Shown here: in pieces, positions 26,029 to 38,326 of the stretch
Layout of the letters: each line of letters begins with the position of its first letter
Numbering within the stretch: position 1 is the first letter of the stretch
Assembly (NCBI GenBank): GCA_001642005.1
Contig: LWCA01000048.1
Location: 1 to 64,000, forward strand
Direction: 5' to 3'
DNA length: 64,000 bases
Source of the DNA: Intoshia linei
Lineage: Eukaryota; Animalia; Orthonectida
Notes under the pieces: model-generated
Seen by the model: only the letters and a program-made list of their open reading frames with translations
Databases searched by the model: none
Told to the model about the DNA's origin: nothing
Made by a program: the position numbers and the translations under genes

Positions 26029-29000
26029 TTATTTATATCTATTCAATTTTTTAACTAATGAAGGTTTTGGCTGTTCCTTTGTTGATGCTTGTTTCTAAAT
26101 GTCTACATTTTAACGAAGATTTACAATTCATATCCACGTATATCAGAAACTAATAACAGCAACTGGTAAATTTTACCCTACGCCATAGGTACAACTGGAA
26201 GCCAAACTTCCCAAAAAACTATTCCAAAATTGGTAGAGGTTTTTCCTAAAATTTTGAGAATTGAGTCAAATCATCAGTGGTATCACAGGTGCAATTAAAT
26301 ATTTTTGAAAAAAATATTCTCATAAATTTATATAAGCAGTCTGTACCAGATCAGCCGACAAATGAGAACGATTACATTATTTAAATATTAGAAAAACGAT
26401 ACTAATAAATATCAATAATTCATTAAAATAAAGTGTTTAAAACTTTTAAAATCTATTTCATTGAATAATCTATAAATTCAGCAGATATAATTTTTTTTGA
26501 GTAGTCAAACCAGAAATGCACTTAGCATTATGACAATTGAAATCACTCTTTAAAATTTCTAATTTTTCACTTTTTAAATTCAATTAAGGTATATTTCTAC
26601 TCCAAGTAATTTTCAAACCTATAAAAAAGAGATTCTTTGGTACATTTAAAACATTTGTAAACTATATCATAATGGAGCTCAATTTTAGGTCATCTCCAAA
26701 GGGTTAAATAAACGTGAATACCAAATGTATAAATTACATTAATAGATTTTTGTTTTTCTGTAAATGCTTTTAAGGGGTCATCATACCGGCTATAGTGATT
26801 TAAAACATCTCTAACATCTTCTACGCCACTTGTTGCAACAGCTAAATTGAATTTTAATACGTACAATAAATAAAAAAAAGTTGAAATGTTGACCCAAATA
26901 AAAAAATTCATATATAAATTTTTCAAATCTTTATAAAAGTAATATTATAAAGTTAAAAAATCAGTACATAAAGCTAAAATTAAACTAAATTATTGAAACT
27001 TAAAGTACACGACTGGTTTACGCGTACCTGTTGCAAAGCTCAAATTCAAACTAATCCGAAAATATATTGTAGATTTAAAAACCTTTCAAAAAATTTGAAA
27101 GATGATACAATTTATCGTCATTCTTTCCTTTCCAAGAAGGTAAACACAGCGCATTTTGAGGTTGCAATTGAACAGCATATGGATCACAATCAACTATAAT
27201 AGTTTTGCTTAGATCTCGATTTAAACAAGACAGATCCTAAAAGTCATTAGATTAATAAAATGTAAAATTACTTTAACATGAGTTCCATTTATGTAGTTTG
27301 TAGAATCCCTAAATAATCTATATGACAGTACACCTTTTGGATCGATTCCATCAACAATAGAATATAAATTCTAGGTACAAATGTATTAATAAACATTTAA
27401 TTATTTTTTTAATGATATACAAATACAACATCTGAAAACAGGTGATATATCAAATTTATTAAACTCAGATTTTATACATATAATTAGGCATTCATTAACC
27501 CAGAGTTCTCCAATATGGATGGAGTGAGATATTTTGATGATTCACACAGGTAAATTCAAAAGTAAAAAAATAAAATTTATAAATTGAAAGTAAATATAAA
27601 TAGGGTTAAAAGAGAGTTTCTCAACCGCGGTCAGATAAGAATATGTATAAAATTTTAAAAAATCAATTTGTATCAAACAAATACGAAAATCAAGTACATT
27701 AATGGTTTTCTAAATTTTTGAGTTTTTACTTGGATTTATACGTTAATGGCAACCCAACATTGTATTTTAATTAAATTAGGGTCACGACGAAAAAAGTAAT
27801 AGTTATATAAATGACAACAATAAAATGTAAATGTATTAGAAATGAAACATTACAGCACCATCCTCATGAGTAAACAAAACAACTTCATACAATGGTGGAC
27901 CAACATTACTAAGAAGGTAATCGAGACCAGGTCTTGTTTTGAATCGCCATCCTGTATTTATCTAAAAGAAATAAAATGCAATACGACAGACATAAAGCAT
28001 ATTCACTATTTATACAAGTTTCCTAACACCGATTTTAGAGTTAGTGAACCAAATGTAAATAAAAACTAAAAAAGAGTGTTTACGCGAATACCGTCAAAAA
28101 TGTAAGACCATATATTGGCTCTGAACAAACAACAACTGCCTCACGTATCAATTATACATCGATTAAAACAAAATTGGCGGTAAACAATTACATCACATTT
28201 AATTTAGTAACTTATTACAAAATCGGTCAGTTTTACACATGAAAGGTTATAAAAATATAAATATCAAGACTTGTAAGTTTTAGATAAATTAATTTGCAGG
28301 AATTAGTGCATTAATTCTTGGTTACATTCAAACGCTACAATTATAAAAAGTAAATATAAATTAAATATAAAAGGAACGATGACAACGTACACCAGACATT
28401 TAATTACTAACCGTAATCTCAGTGGGCTTTGAATTAAAACGATATGTGCTGCAACAAACGTTTTGATACAATTATACATAAAGCGTTGCGTATCTATTAT
28501 GCAACAATACCGCCGCGTTAGTAATACTATTTTGCGTTCCTAGTGTCTGACATTAGTTGCACTAATTTACGTACTACAATCTATGGGAATACAATTGACG
28601 GCAACACTTTTACGACAAAAACTATATTTGTACAGCAGACTGTCTGATATTTAATATGAGATAGCGCGTAGATATGTACCAATCGTAATTTCAGTTAAAT
28701 TGCTTTGTTATTTTACAATATTTTCAACTCCAGTCAAATGGTTCAATTTCAGAACGCGAGATATATCATTTCTTTTATGAATTTACAATTTTAAGTTTCT
28801 AACGTATCTGATCATTTCTTTTATCACCTTTGCCACGTATACAGTATTATAAAAGTCACGTTAGAACATCTTTCAAAATATGTAATATCAATATTTATTT
28901 TCTCACGCTAAATTACGTTTTTAGACCATCATGCCACCAAAATCACAATTTCGATTTAGTGCCCACGACGATATTCTTCTCTTGCGGGAAGTGCTGAACC

Positions 29001-32000
29001 AAAACCCATATCCGTCACCAGGGAGTAACAAAACCAGTGCACAAGAAACAAGAAATTTGCGTAATGTGTGGAATACTATTGCTAAATCTCTAGAAGAAAA
29101 GGGAATGTGCGTTTCTAGACGTCTTTGCCGCGAACACACTGCTTTGCTCATGCAGCAGTATACTAAAATAGATACTCGAAATTTACGCCGCAATGGAACT
29201 CTGGAAGATTATCTGGAAAAGGAGTTACTTATTGCCCAAGTAATTGAACTAAAAAATGGAAAGGTAAACCAACTCAAGCCAAATGGATACATTTCTATTC
29301 AAAATCAAATCAATGCGCTGAACAACAACGGTGATAATGGAGCGTTAGAGCCCAGGGATATAAAGTACAAGTTCAATCAAGCTAGATCTGCCTCGGCAAC
29401 TGGTATACAAGATTTCCACAAAGATTTTAGCAAAACTGGGACTCTGTCATTACCCGACTCCTCTTTCAACGTTGCGTGCGCTGACTCCAACCTTAAATCT
29501 AATTCAAATGACCTTATGGTGCAAATGAACAAAAATATCAATAACTTGTTAATTAATGACATGGTAGAAGGGGATCTCAAATTAAACGATGCAAATTCAT
29601 CGGACAGTGCATATTCAAGCAATGGAGACAAACACGGATTGAACAGTAAAGGTGATGTCAAGCCGGTTGGAATTGATTTAACTACAATGTGTCGAAATAA
29701 ACGAAAATCTTTGCCTACCTCCACAAACTATCTCAATAAAAACAAATTTCCCAAAATATTTTCTGAAAATTTTAATAAATCAGGTATTTTTTAAATTTTT
29801 ACATCCAGTAATATTAATACACTAGAATTTACCATCAAAAAAAATGTTTGCATACATTTTTGTCATCATTTTTAACAAAGTTGTCTAAATATACCCCATT
29901 TTATTTTTTTATTACATTTACGAAATGCTTGTATTGTGTTAAAATTGATAAAAGTGACCCATACCTTGAAAAATGGTGGTCTAAAATACTTTAGTTAAAA
30001 TTTAGGAAAATTATACCCAGTTTATAATGCATCCCTCGGTTAACGAAAAATGTACATGTAATAATTAATCTTAAGGGTAATATTTAACGAATTATATTGG
30101 GTTCTAAAAGTCACGCAACCCTATTCTAGTGAATTACTTGATTATTTCTAACTGACAAAATTTATTTTAGACGACCCAAATAAAACAGTTTTGATGTCGG
30201 GGATTTTGAATAAAAACAATCGCATCATGGACAATTTGAGACAATATAAACCTGCCAGTTTTAATGAAAACACATTAGGTTTAAGTAATAAAAAAGGACC
30301 ATTTTCATCACTTTATGACATGTATTACCCTAAAGATCTTACACCCAACTGTAATAAAAATTCAAACAATTTTCATACTCATGAAGGAAAAGATGACATA
30401 CCAGACAATTCAAATAGTTTCAACTACGAAGCAGCAGTTTCGTCAGATGTAAGATTGCAATTGGATATGGAACGAATTCACATTAAAAAATCTGCCCTAA
30501 AATTAGAACAAATGAAATTCGAAGAAACTAAACAGTACCACCGACAGACACTAGAATGTGTAGAAAATATACACAAATGTCTAGAAATATTAATAAATAA
30601 AATTTAATTGTGAATCAAATATTACCGACCATTCGGGGTGTACTAGGACGCCGACCATTTCAATGACCAATGTGTATGGTGGTTGGAAGTATGGAGGTTT
30701 GACAACATCAGGAATCAATTTCTTACTTGGCGGTTCGCGTATACTCTAGTCTTTTTAAACGATTGAGATTAATCCTATTACCTGAAAGTAATTTACGATA
30801 TTTTTCCAGAATCTTTTCAAGTAAGCTTCTTTATTAGATACTAAAAATTCAATACATTTCATTATTCGTTTTTTTACGTAAGGTAAATTCGTCGGTAATC
30901 TAATTTTATTTTTAAAATATTAACAGTAAATGAAATGCTACCTCTTCACCATTCTTGTCCATTAGTGGTGCACCTGAAAATAGTTTAATCAATTTAATTC
31001 TTCTGTACCTTCAAATTCTGTTGAATTCATACCCAATATAGTGATACAACACGATCCCAAGCAAAGTTCAAAGTCCATTCTTAGTTGGCGTTTTGTTAAA
31101 TTTATTTAAAATTCAATGATTCTTAATTATGAGAATTTTGGAAGTTTGTGTTTCGGGTATAATGTTAGTTTGGGTCGTGCTTCAGACCCTGTTACAGAAT
31201 TATGATCTATGATCCCTAGTTGTGATTTATGTGAAATTTTATAAATTGAGAAAGATGTAAAAAAATAAATTAATTTCCACTGAAAATTAATACAGTAGTA
31301 ATGAATAAGTAGTCTCCGATTTACCAATATTGCGAATCTTTTCTTAATTATTTCCAGGAAAAATATTCAATTAAATAGTTCCAAGATATGATTTTGTTCT
31401 ACCTCCCAATATAAAATAAATATTTATTTTATCTATCCTATTCGACGCTTATATTGATTAAGATTACAAAAAGAGTACATTTTCAATCAGAATTGACTCA
31501 AATATGTCGATAATCCATAATGAAAAATAGGCACTATAAATTTTTTTTGCAGACAAATTGTCATCCTATATAATCGTTAATCACTTCTCAACTGGTCTGG
31601 TTTGAGTTATGACATTGAAAATTGAATGATTTTTATATGGTCAATTTTGAAAACCAGGGCGCCGTTTTACAATACTTATCCAAGATAAAAAAAGGTACTC
31701 GCAGTACGTTAGGATCGGCTGTTTTCAATTATCTTAAATGAAAATACTTATTTAATATACATACTACTGGAAGTTTGCAATAATACTTTTAACTTAAAAT
31801 TTTCAAAATTAAGAAATTTAAATATGATACTTAATTTGTCCAGATTACACTTCAGGGCACTAAAAAAGTTAAACACTGATAAAATCTGAAATAAATTATT
31901 AATAGGTAATCGAAATTTGTAAATTTATGAAGCCCACGTTAGACTTGTCCGTTAAAGAAACATATCGACGGAAGGATATTTATTATGTACATGATGTTAG

Positions 32001-32248
32001 TAGCAATCATACAAATCATAATTTGGGTTTTAATGATATAATTTAGTTTTATTACCCCATTCAAATAAAAGATAACTAAACGTGCAGGATCCAGACAATA
32101 ACATCATAGTTAAAGCCAATTTCCAGGAATGTTTAGCTGAAAAGTACTTTTTAAATCCTTGTTCTGTATTGCTGTTGAATTTCGGCGTTGAAGAAAAATT
32201 TAATTTAGTGCTGCGGAATTTATTAAAAATTTTTTTCATATATACCAT
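26029..32248 (-). CDS. TIMM50: Mitochondrial import inner membrane translocase subunit TIM50, about 10 exons
   Basis: Spliced exons read presequence+TM..FEWG / [10 protein letters not shown] / ITDEF / [39 protein letters not shown] / [12 protein letters not shown] / SYRLFRDST / [11 protein letters not shown] / [20 protein letters not shown]. The last exon (26029-26094) is less certain. Confidence 0.95.
28931..30607 (+). CDS. Myb/SANT-like (trihelix-type) DNA-binding protein with C-terminal coiled coil, nested in TIM50 intron
   Basis: Exons 28931-29783 and 30171-30607 splice in frame. N-terminal [37 protein letters not shown] pattern; heptad-like C-terminus. Confidence 0.75.
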
Positions 32249-32424
32249 TGTTTATTAAATGTAACGTGACATATATTCTTTAAATTGTTTGGTCGGAGTA
32301 GGATGGCAGACCTCAAAATCTGCCTAAAAATGACTGACTTCATTATAATTTGAGCGATAAATAAATTAAATCCAAAACAACCCGTTTATAATATACAGAA
32401 TGTTAATTTGACGTACAGTATTCA
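32249..32424. promoter_or_regulatory. Probable bidirectional promoter between TIM50 and FDX2
   Basis: Head-to-head starts about 176 bp apart; FDX2 start codon assignment is tentative. Confidence 0.5.
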
Positions 32425-33725
32425 ATGCTACATCAAAATAATTGGACAGTGTGCTACAAAATATTTAAAAATGCCATTCTACCTATTCGAACAAGGTAAA
32501 TTTTAAAACGACCTATTGAACCGCATAGAATTAAGTTAGTATTTACGGACAAAAATAATAAAGAAGCTGTTGTATATGGCGAACCAGGAGATAATATGAT
32601 GAGATTAGCTCATAAAAACGGTTTAGATATTGAAGGTGAGGTTTATAATGCTTGACTTTACTATTTAATAGGCGCTTGTGCTGGATCTCTTGCTTGTACG
32701 ACATGTCATGTTTATATAGAAGAAAAATGTTATAAAAATATTCCTGAAGCATCTGAAAGGTATTGATATCGTAATTATCATAAACTAGTGTAGTAATTCC
32801 AATATTATTTTTTTAATTGGCTTTTTCATGGTACAACTAGCAGAATTTTAAATTTTAATGTTTTATTTTTTATAAAAACTTGTACCAAAAAAAATTGACA
32901 AAAATTCGATTTAATTACAGCAAGACAAAATAAAATTCAAAATTTTGAAAAATAATGAGATCAAGTTGGAAATCAGACCTTAATGCATACCTGTACAATA
33001 CACGTGTAAAAGTAATTGATGTTGAAATGCAATCTGGATGATATTTTTAATATAAACTACTGGTTGGGCTGTTTTGTACTTTGTACAAACGTCACTTTGT
33101 GAGATCAAATTTTTTTGATGAGATTGATGAGAATTTTTTTAAAATTCTAAGACTATTTTCATTTTTTTAAAAAGGTATAATTGGGTGTTTTGGTCCTGAA
33201 GATTAATTATTGAATTAAAATTTATGATTTTAAAATCTGTATCAGAGTGTATACTTTTTTAGATTCTAGAACTCTTTGATTTTCAAAACAAAGGATAATC
33301 GGGATTTTTGACCGGTAATATGTGAGTTTCTCAGATTGAAATTTATCTTTCATCCCGTAAAAAACTGTAATGTAAATGTGGAATTTTTAAAATTCTAAAA
33401 CTCTTAATTGTTGAAATAAACCATAACACAGACAGACAAAGTTTTATATAAATTAGGAAAATAATCCTTACAGTAATTAATTATAATTATTTATATAGTA
33501 TAAATTATATAAATTTAGGGAAGATGATTTATTGGATACAGCACCTTTTTTAAAAGCAAATTCACGATTGTGTAAGATTATTAATATTAAACAAATATTA
33601 AAATTAGTTTAGCCTGTGAAATTTACCTAGATAAACACATGGAAAAATATGATGAAATTAAAATAAAACTACCTTCGGCCACCAAAAATTTTTATGTCGA
33701 CGGAAAAAAACCTACTCCTCATTAA
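32425..33725 (+). CDS. FDX2: Mitochondrial [2Fe-2S] ferredoxin-2
   Basis: Spliced EGACAGSLACTTCHVY, EDDLLD, SRLSC and the FDX2-type C-terminus NFYVDGKKPTPH. Absent from the ORF track because of short exons. Confidence 0.93.
33057..33457 (-). mobile_element. Short Helitron-family copy in FDX2 intron
   Basis: 3' hairpin TTTGTACAAAGTACAAAA near 33070-33090 and 5' TCCTAATTTATATAA at 33457. Confidence 0.6.
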
Positions 33726-33743
33726 ACAACACAAAATTAAAAT

Positions 33744-36700
33744 TTAATTATATTTGTTTGATTCATAAGTTGGAACCATATATTTGATATTAATGAATGC
33801 ATCACTTCCGCCAGTTTTTTCCAAAATTTCAAGACATTCGTTAACCAAGTCGCCTAAATTCATTTTCTTTTGTTGGGCATAGTCGATATTATCACCAATG
33901 TTTTCTAAATGATAATTTTATTTTTGATATTTGTAATGTAGCTCCTTTTAAAATAAAAAATTCATAAGGCCGACTATTTTATTATTATAAATTATTTTTA
34001 ATAGCTGATATTGGAAAAAAATTTTTATAATTTTTTTTAAGTTTTAAAACATTATTTAAAAAAAGGGTAATCTGGTGTTTCGTCGAGAAAATTGACTTTT
34101 TTGAGGTTGCGATTTATGATTTATAGGTAATGATTTTAAAGACAATCCTAGAATTAATCCTCACTTATATCAAGTAACCAGCTTGGCTGTTTTGTACTTT
34201 GTACAAACAACATCTAGACTTTTCTAATTTTACCAAAAAAATAAAATCTTACATAAAAAATGGCACTATTCACGATTATCAATATTTTAAAGGAAGTGTT
34301 CCCAAACGTGAAACAATTTTTTATTTTTAAATTCTAGATTAAATTTAAATTAATCTAATTTTTTGTTTTAACGAAATAATTTTCCAAAAAAAATATAAAA
34401 CAGTAAATTATTTTGTTGAAAATAAATAAAATAAAATTAAATTAACATTGAACATTTTTATATATTTTAACTGGAGAAAGCTGTATTAAATGTGATATTT
34501 TTTTAAATTCTAAGACTTGGGTTTTTTTTATAAAGCAACGATAATGCACATATAGACAGTTACAAAAAAACACTTTTATATAATTTATGGTTTTGACCAT
34601 GCAGTTATAACTTTTTTGAAATTTCATCATTTTAAAATATGTATCGGAATGTAGATTTCAAAAATTATAGGTCTCGTTTAATTTTTAAAAATAGGATGGA
34701 TAATTTGTGGTTTTTACCCTAAAAGACTCAATTTCTGAAATCTATTTTGAGATAAAATCTAATCCTCGAAAAACTGTATTATATACATTTGTGTTTTTAA
34801 AAATACATATCTTACTTTCATAATTAAGATGTAATAAACCAAATTAAAAAACCTCTTTAAAATATTGTCAAAAAATTCTCCATAAACCCCTCTAAAATAT
34901 AATAAAAAAAATTTTCACGATCATACCTCAAATTACTTTTTTTTAAAAATTAAATATGATACATTTATATCCTGTTAACATACACAAAAATTTTAAATCT
35001 GACAAAGAGACGCCTTCACGGTCAAAAACGCAACTACATGTAGTATTAATTTTTTTATTTCGAAACAATTTTAAGAACATGTAGTGTAAAATAAAAAATT
35101 TGAAATAATTAACGGTTCTAAATTAAAAAAAGATTATTCTGATGGAGCTTATTCCAGTTGATATGTAGATGAAAAATTTCCACATATGCTAAATTAACTT
35201 ATATGATATGCTACGCGATTTTTGTTTGTGTGTGTGTTACGCTTTATTTAAATAACTATCTGTTTTAGAATTTTGTAAAATCAACATTTCAATTACAGTT
35301 TTTTCCGGGGGTATTCCCAAACTTAATTTCAACCTCCCAATTTCATATCTTACCGTCAAAAACTACAGTTGTTCCTCTTTTTGAAAATCAAACGAGTTGA
35401 AGAATTTAAAAAAATTATATCTTCAGGACCAAAATCCAAATTACCCTTCTTTTTTTAATAAAAATAGCCCTAGAATTTAAAAAAATTTACAGGTTGTACA
35501 GTTGTATTCTGTTAATACACACATAAAATTTCAATCTGAATAAGTGACAAATTCACAGTCAAAAAGGCATTTTAGTATTCATATATTTTTTTTCGAAATA
35601 TTTTATTAAAAAAAAAAATGTGAAATAATTAACGGTCCAAAAATTAAAAAAAAAGATTATTCTGATTACCTTATTCCACTTGATATATATACAAAAGTTA
35701 AACCCGAGAAATCTACGCATTCCCGATAAAAAATAATTTTTAATATATTATCAACTAATATTTTTCAAATATTTTGATTCAAATAAAAATTGAAAATATT
35801 GATCCTACAATTTGAAAAAAAATGTGCATTAAACGTCTACACATTTTCAATAAATAAATATGGGTGAAACTATATAATTTATTTCTTCGAAATTTTTTTA
35901 TATATTTTATTAATGACTAACAATACTTAATAGAAATATAAATAATACAATTTAATAATGTAAATATAGAATAACCATTTTTTGCTTTGAAAATATTAAA
36001 AATTGGTAATAACTGTCGATAATATGGGACTAAGGCTTCTCCAATCATGTCTGCAGAAAGAACAAGTCTTTGGATAACTTTAACTGTAGTACACATGATT
36101 TTATGATTCCTTGTATTTAGTGCATCTACAATTTTAAATGATAAATTATATCATTACAATTTTTTATTATTTTTTAATTATAAAAGCAATTATCGAAAAT
36201 TTGAAATTCTAAAAAATGGTTCCGCTTAATCTGAATGTGATGTAGTTTAATAGTTTTAAATACAAAGTAAAATGTACTTTTTAGTGGAATAATGAGTTGA
36301 GGTATTACAGGTAAAACTTTTTTACTTCCATGCTCCAACATGTCGTATATACCCTGTTTAGCGAAAAATTCATATGGATGATCTTTTTCTCGCAATCCAT
36401 CGAAAAATAATGGTAAATAATGATGATAATCTAGTTTTTCAATTTCTACCTTTATAATCTGTATTAAAAAATACTAATGTATTAATATTGTACCGCCCAA
36501 GCTATTTTGTTTCCTTTGGCGTCATGTTCCAATGATATAGGAAAATCACCTCGTTCATAAAATTTTCTAAAATTGCTTTTTGGAACAATCCTTTCACTGA
36601 AAGCAAATGCGCTAGGAGGCGTTCCAGTCTATAATAATACATATGGTAATACATTCATTTGTAGGTAATTTTTTAATTGACTCGAGGATTAAATTTTATT

Positions 36701-37092
36701 AAGCCTAAATATATAGATGCTATTTATGTCTGTTTTCAGCTGCGATCGTAAGAATTACCCATAAGGTACCTCACGGAATTGAAAAAATTTAAAATATAAT
36801 TCAGAGTCGACAATCAATACAATATAGGTTGAGTTTAATCATTACAGTAGTAATTAATGCCTGATTAAAAATTTAAAAATTGTAAAAAATAATGAATATC
36901 TGATATCTAACTGTATGTAATAAATAATAACTGTATCAGTAAACTAATACATTTAAAAATTTGATTATTTAAAAGAGTTAAAACCTGCAATTGAAGGCCT
37001 TGTTTGCGATTCAGATTTTTAAAGGCATTTCTACGATATATTCTTTCTGATTGAATGTTTTTTCTAGTGTTGTGATTCATAATATCATACAT
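33744..37092 (-). CDS. PACRG: Parkin co-regulated gene protein, paralogue 1
   Basis: [61 protein letters not shown]. First exon 36985-37092; 2-kb transposon-filled last intron. Confidence 0.95.
35170..35900 (+). mobile_element. Helitron family copy among further fragments in PACRG-1 intron
   Basis: GT microsatellite and body matching the 7343 and 57108 copies. Confidence 0.7.
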
Positions 37093-37348
37093 CTCAGATT
37101 AAATTATAACAGTTGTAAATTTGCAAAATGTTTTTAAAAATTTATATAATTATGCTATTAAAATACAATGCTAAACAAAAGTTTGACATATTTAGAAAAA
37201 TAAGAATTTATAAGACTGAAAATGAATTACAACTTTTAAGAATAAACAAAAGTAATATCCATTTATGTGAAATATCCAATTGCAAATTATTTATTGTTTT
37301 ATAAAGAAAAAATGAGAAAATATTACATTTATTTTCAATAAAATATCA

Positions 37349-38215
37349 TTAATTGTATTTTGTCGATTCGTAAGTTGGAACCATATATTTGATATTGATG
37401 AAAGCGTCATTTCCACCAGTTTGCTCCAAAGTGGCTAAACATTCATTCACCAAGTCACCAATATTCATATGTTTCCCTTGAGCGTAATCAATTTTGTCAC
37501 CAATATTAACTAAAATGACGTTTAAAGTATAAAAGTTTTATTACTGTTTTTAGATTTAAATGCATTGAACATTGGTAAAATTTGTCTATAATAAGGAACC
37601 AAAGCTTCACCAACTAACTCTGCAGACGTGGAAAGTGTTTGAATAATTTTTACTGTTATGCACATAATTTTTTGATTTCTTGTATTGAGGGCATCTATAA
37701 CAATGAAAAAGTAAAAAACGGAAAAATTACTCTTGATTGGAATGATAAGTTGAGGTATAACTGGTAAAATTTTTTTATTTCCATGTTCCAACATGTCGTA
37801 AATACCCTGACGTGCAAAGAAATCATAAGGGTGGTCCTTTTCACATAACCCATCGAAAAACAATGGCAAATAATGGTGATAATCTAATTTCTCAATCTCG
37901 ACCTAGATGGATAAATTTAGTCTAGATATATGGTACACTTACAGCCCAAGCTATTTTGTTCCCCTTGGCATCGTGTTCGAGAGCAATCGGAAAATCTCCA
38001 CGTTCATAAAATTTTCGAAAACTACTCTTGGCAACTGACCTCTCAATAAACGCATTTGCACTAGGCGGAACACCAGTCTACGAATTGTTATATGGGTGTA
38101 TAAAACTTAAAAATACATTTAAATTTCTCCCCCATCTTTTAAAAGCATTTTTTCTATTTTCTTCGTTTTGCAATTGTCTGTGACGTTTTTCTTCGTCAGC
38201 TACAACCAGGTCCAT
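37349..38215 (-). CDS. PACRG: Parkin co-regulated gene protein, paralogue 2
   Basis: Same motifs and same intron positions as paralogue 1, all introns about 35-40 nt. First exon [14 protein letters not shown]... Confidence 0.95.
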
Positions 38216-38326
38216 TGTGATATAAATTTAAATATTTTGCAATGTATTGTATTGTTTATTAAATCTAAGAAACTAGCAAATAAATGTTAAAATTTACTAT
38301 TTTACATTGTTACATTACATTTTATA

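Noticed and set aside
26690-26926. Stand-alone small membrane protein ORF
   Set aside because: It is a TIM50 exon with flanking intron read through.
28921-29724. Minus-strand ORFs of 90 and 115 aa
   Set aside because: Antisense shadows of the nested Myb-like exon; the same applies to shadow ORFs over PAP, Delta, TIM50, FDX2 and RAD54.
34158-34217. 60-bp mini-Helitron (TC...CTAG)
   Set aside because: The hairpin matches a minus-strand 3' end as at 60088, so these are two abutting fragments in opposite orientations.
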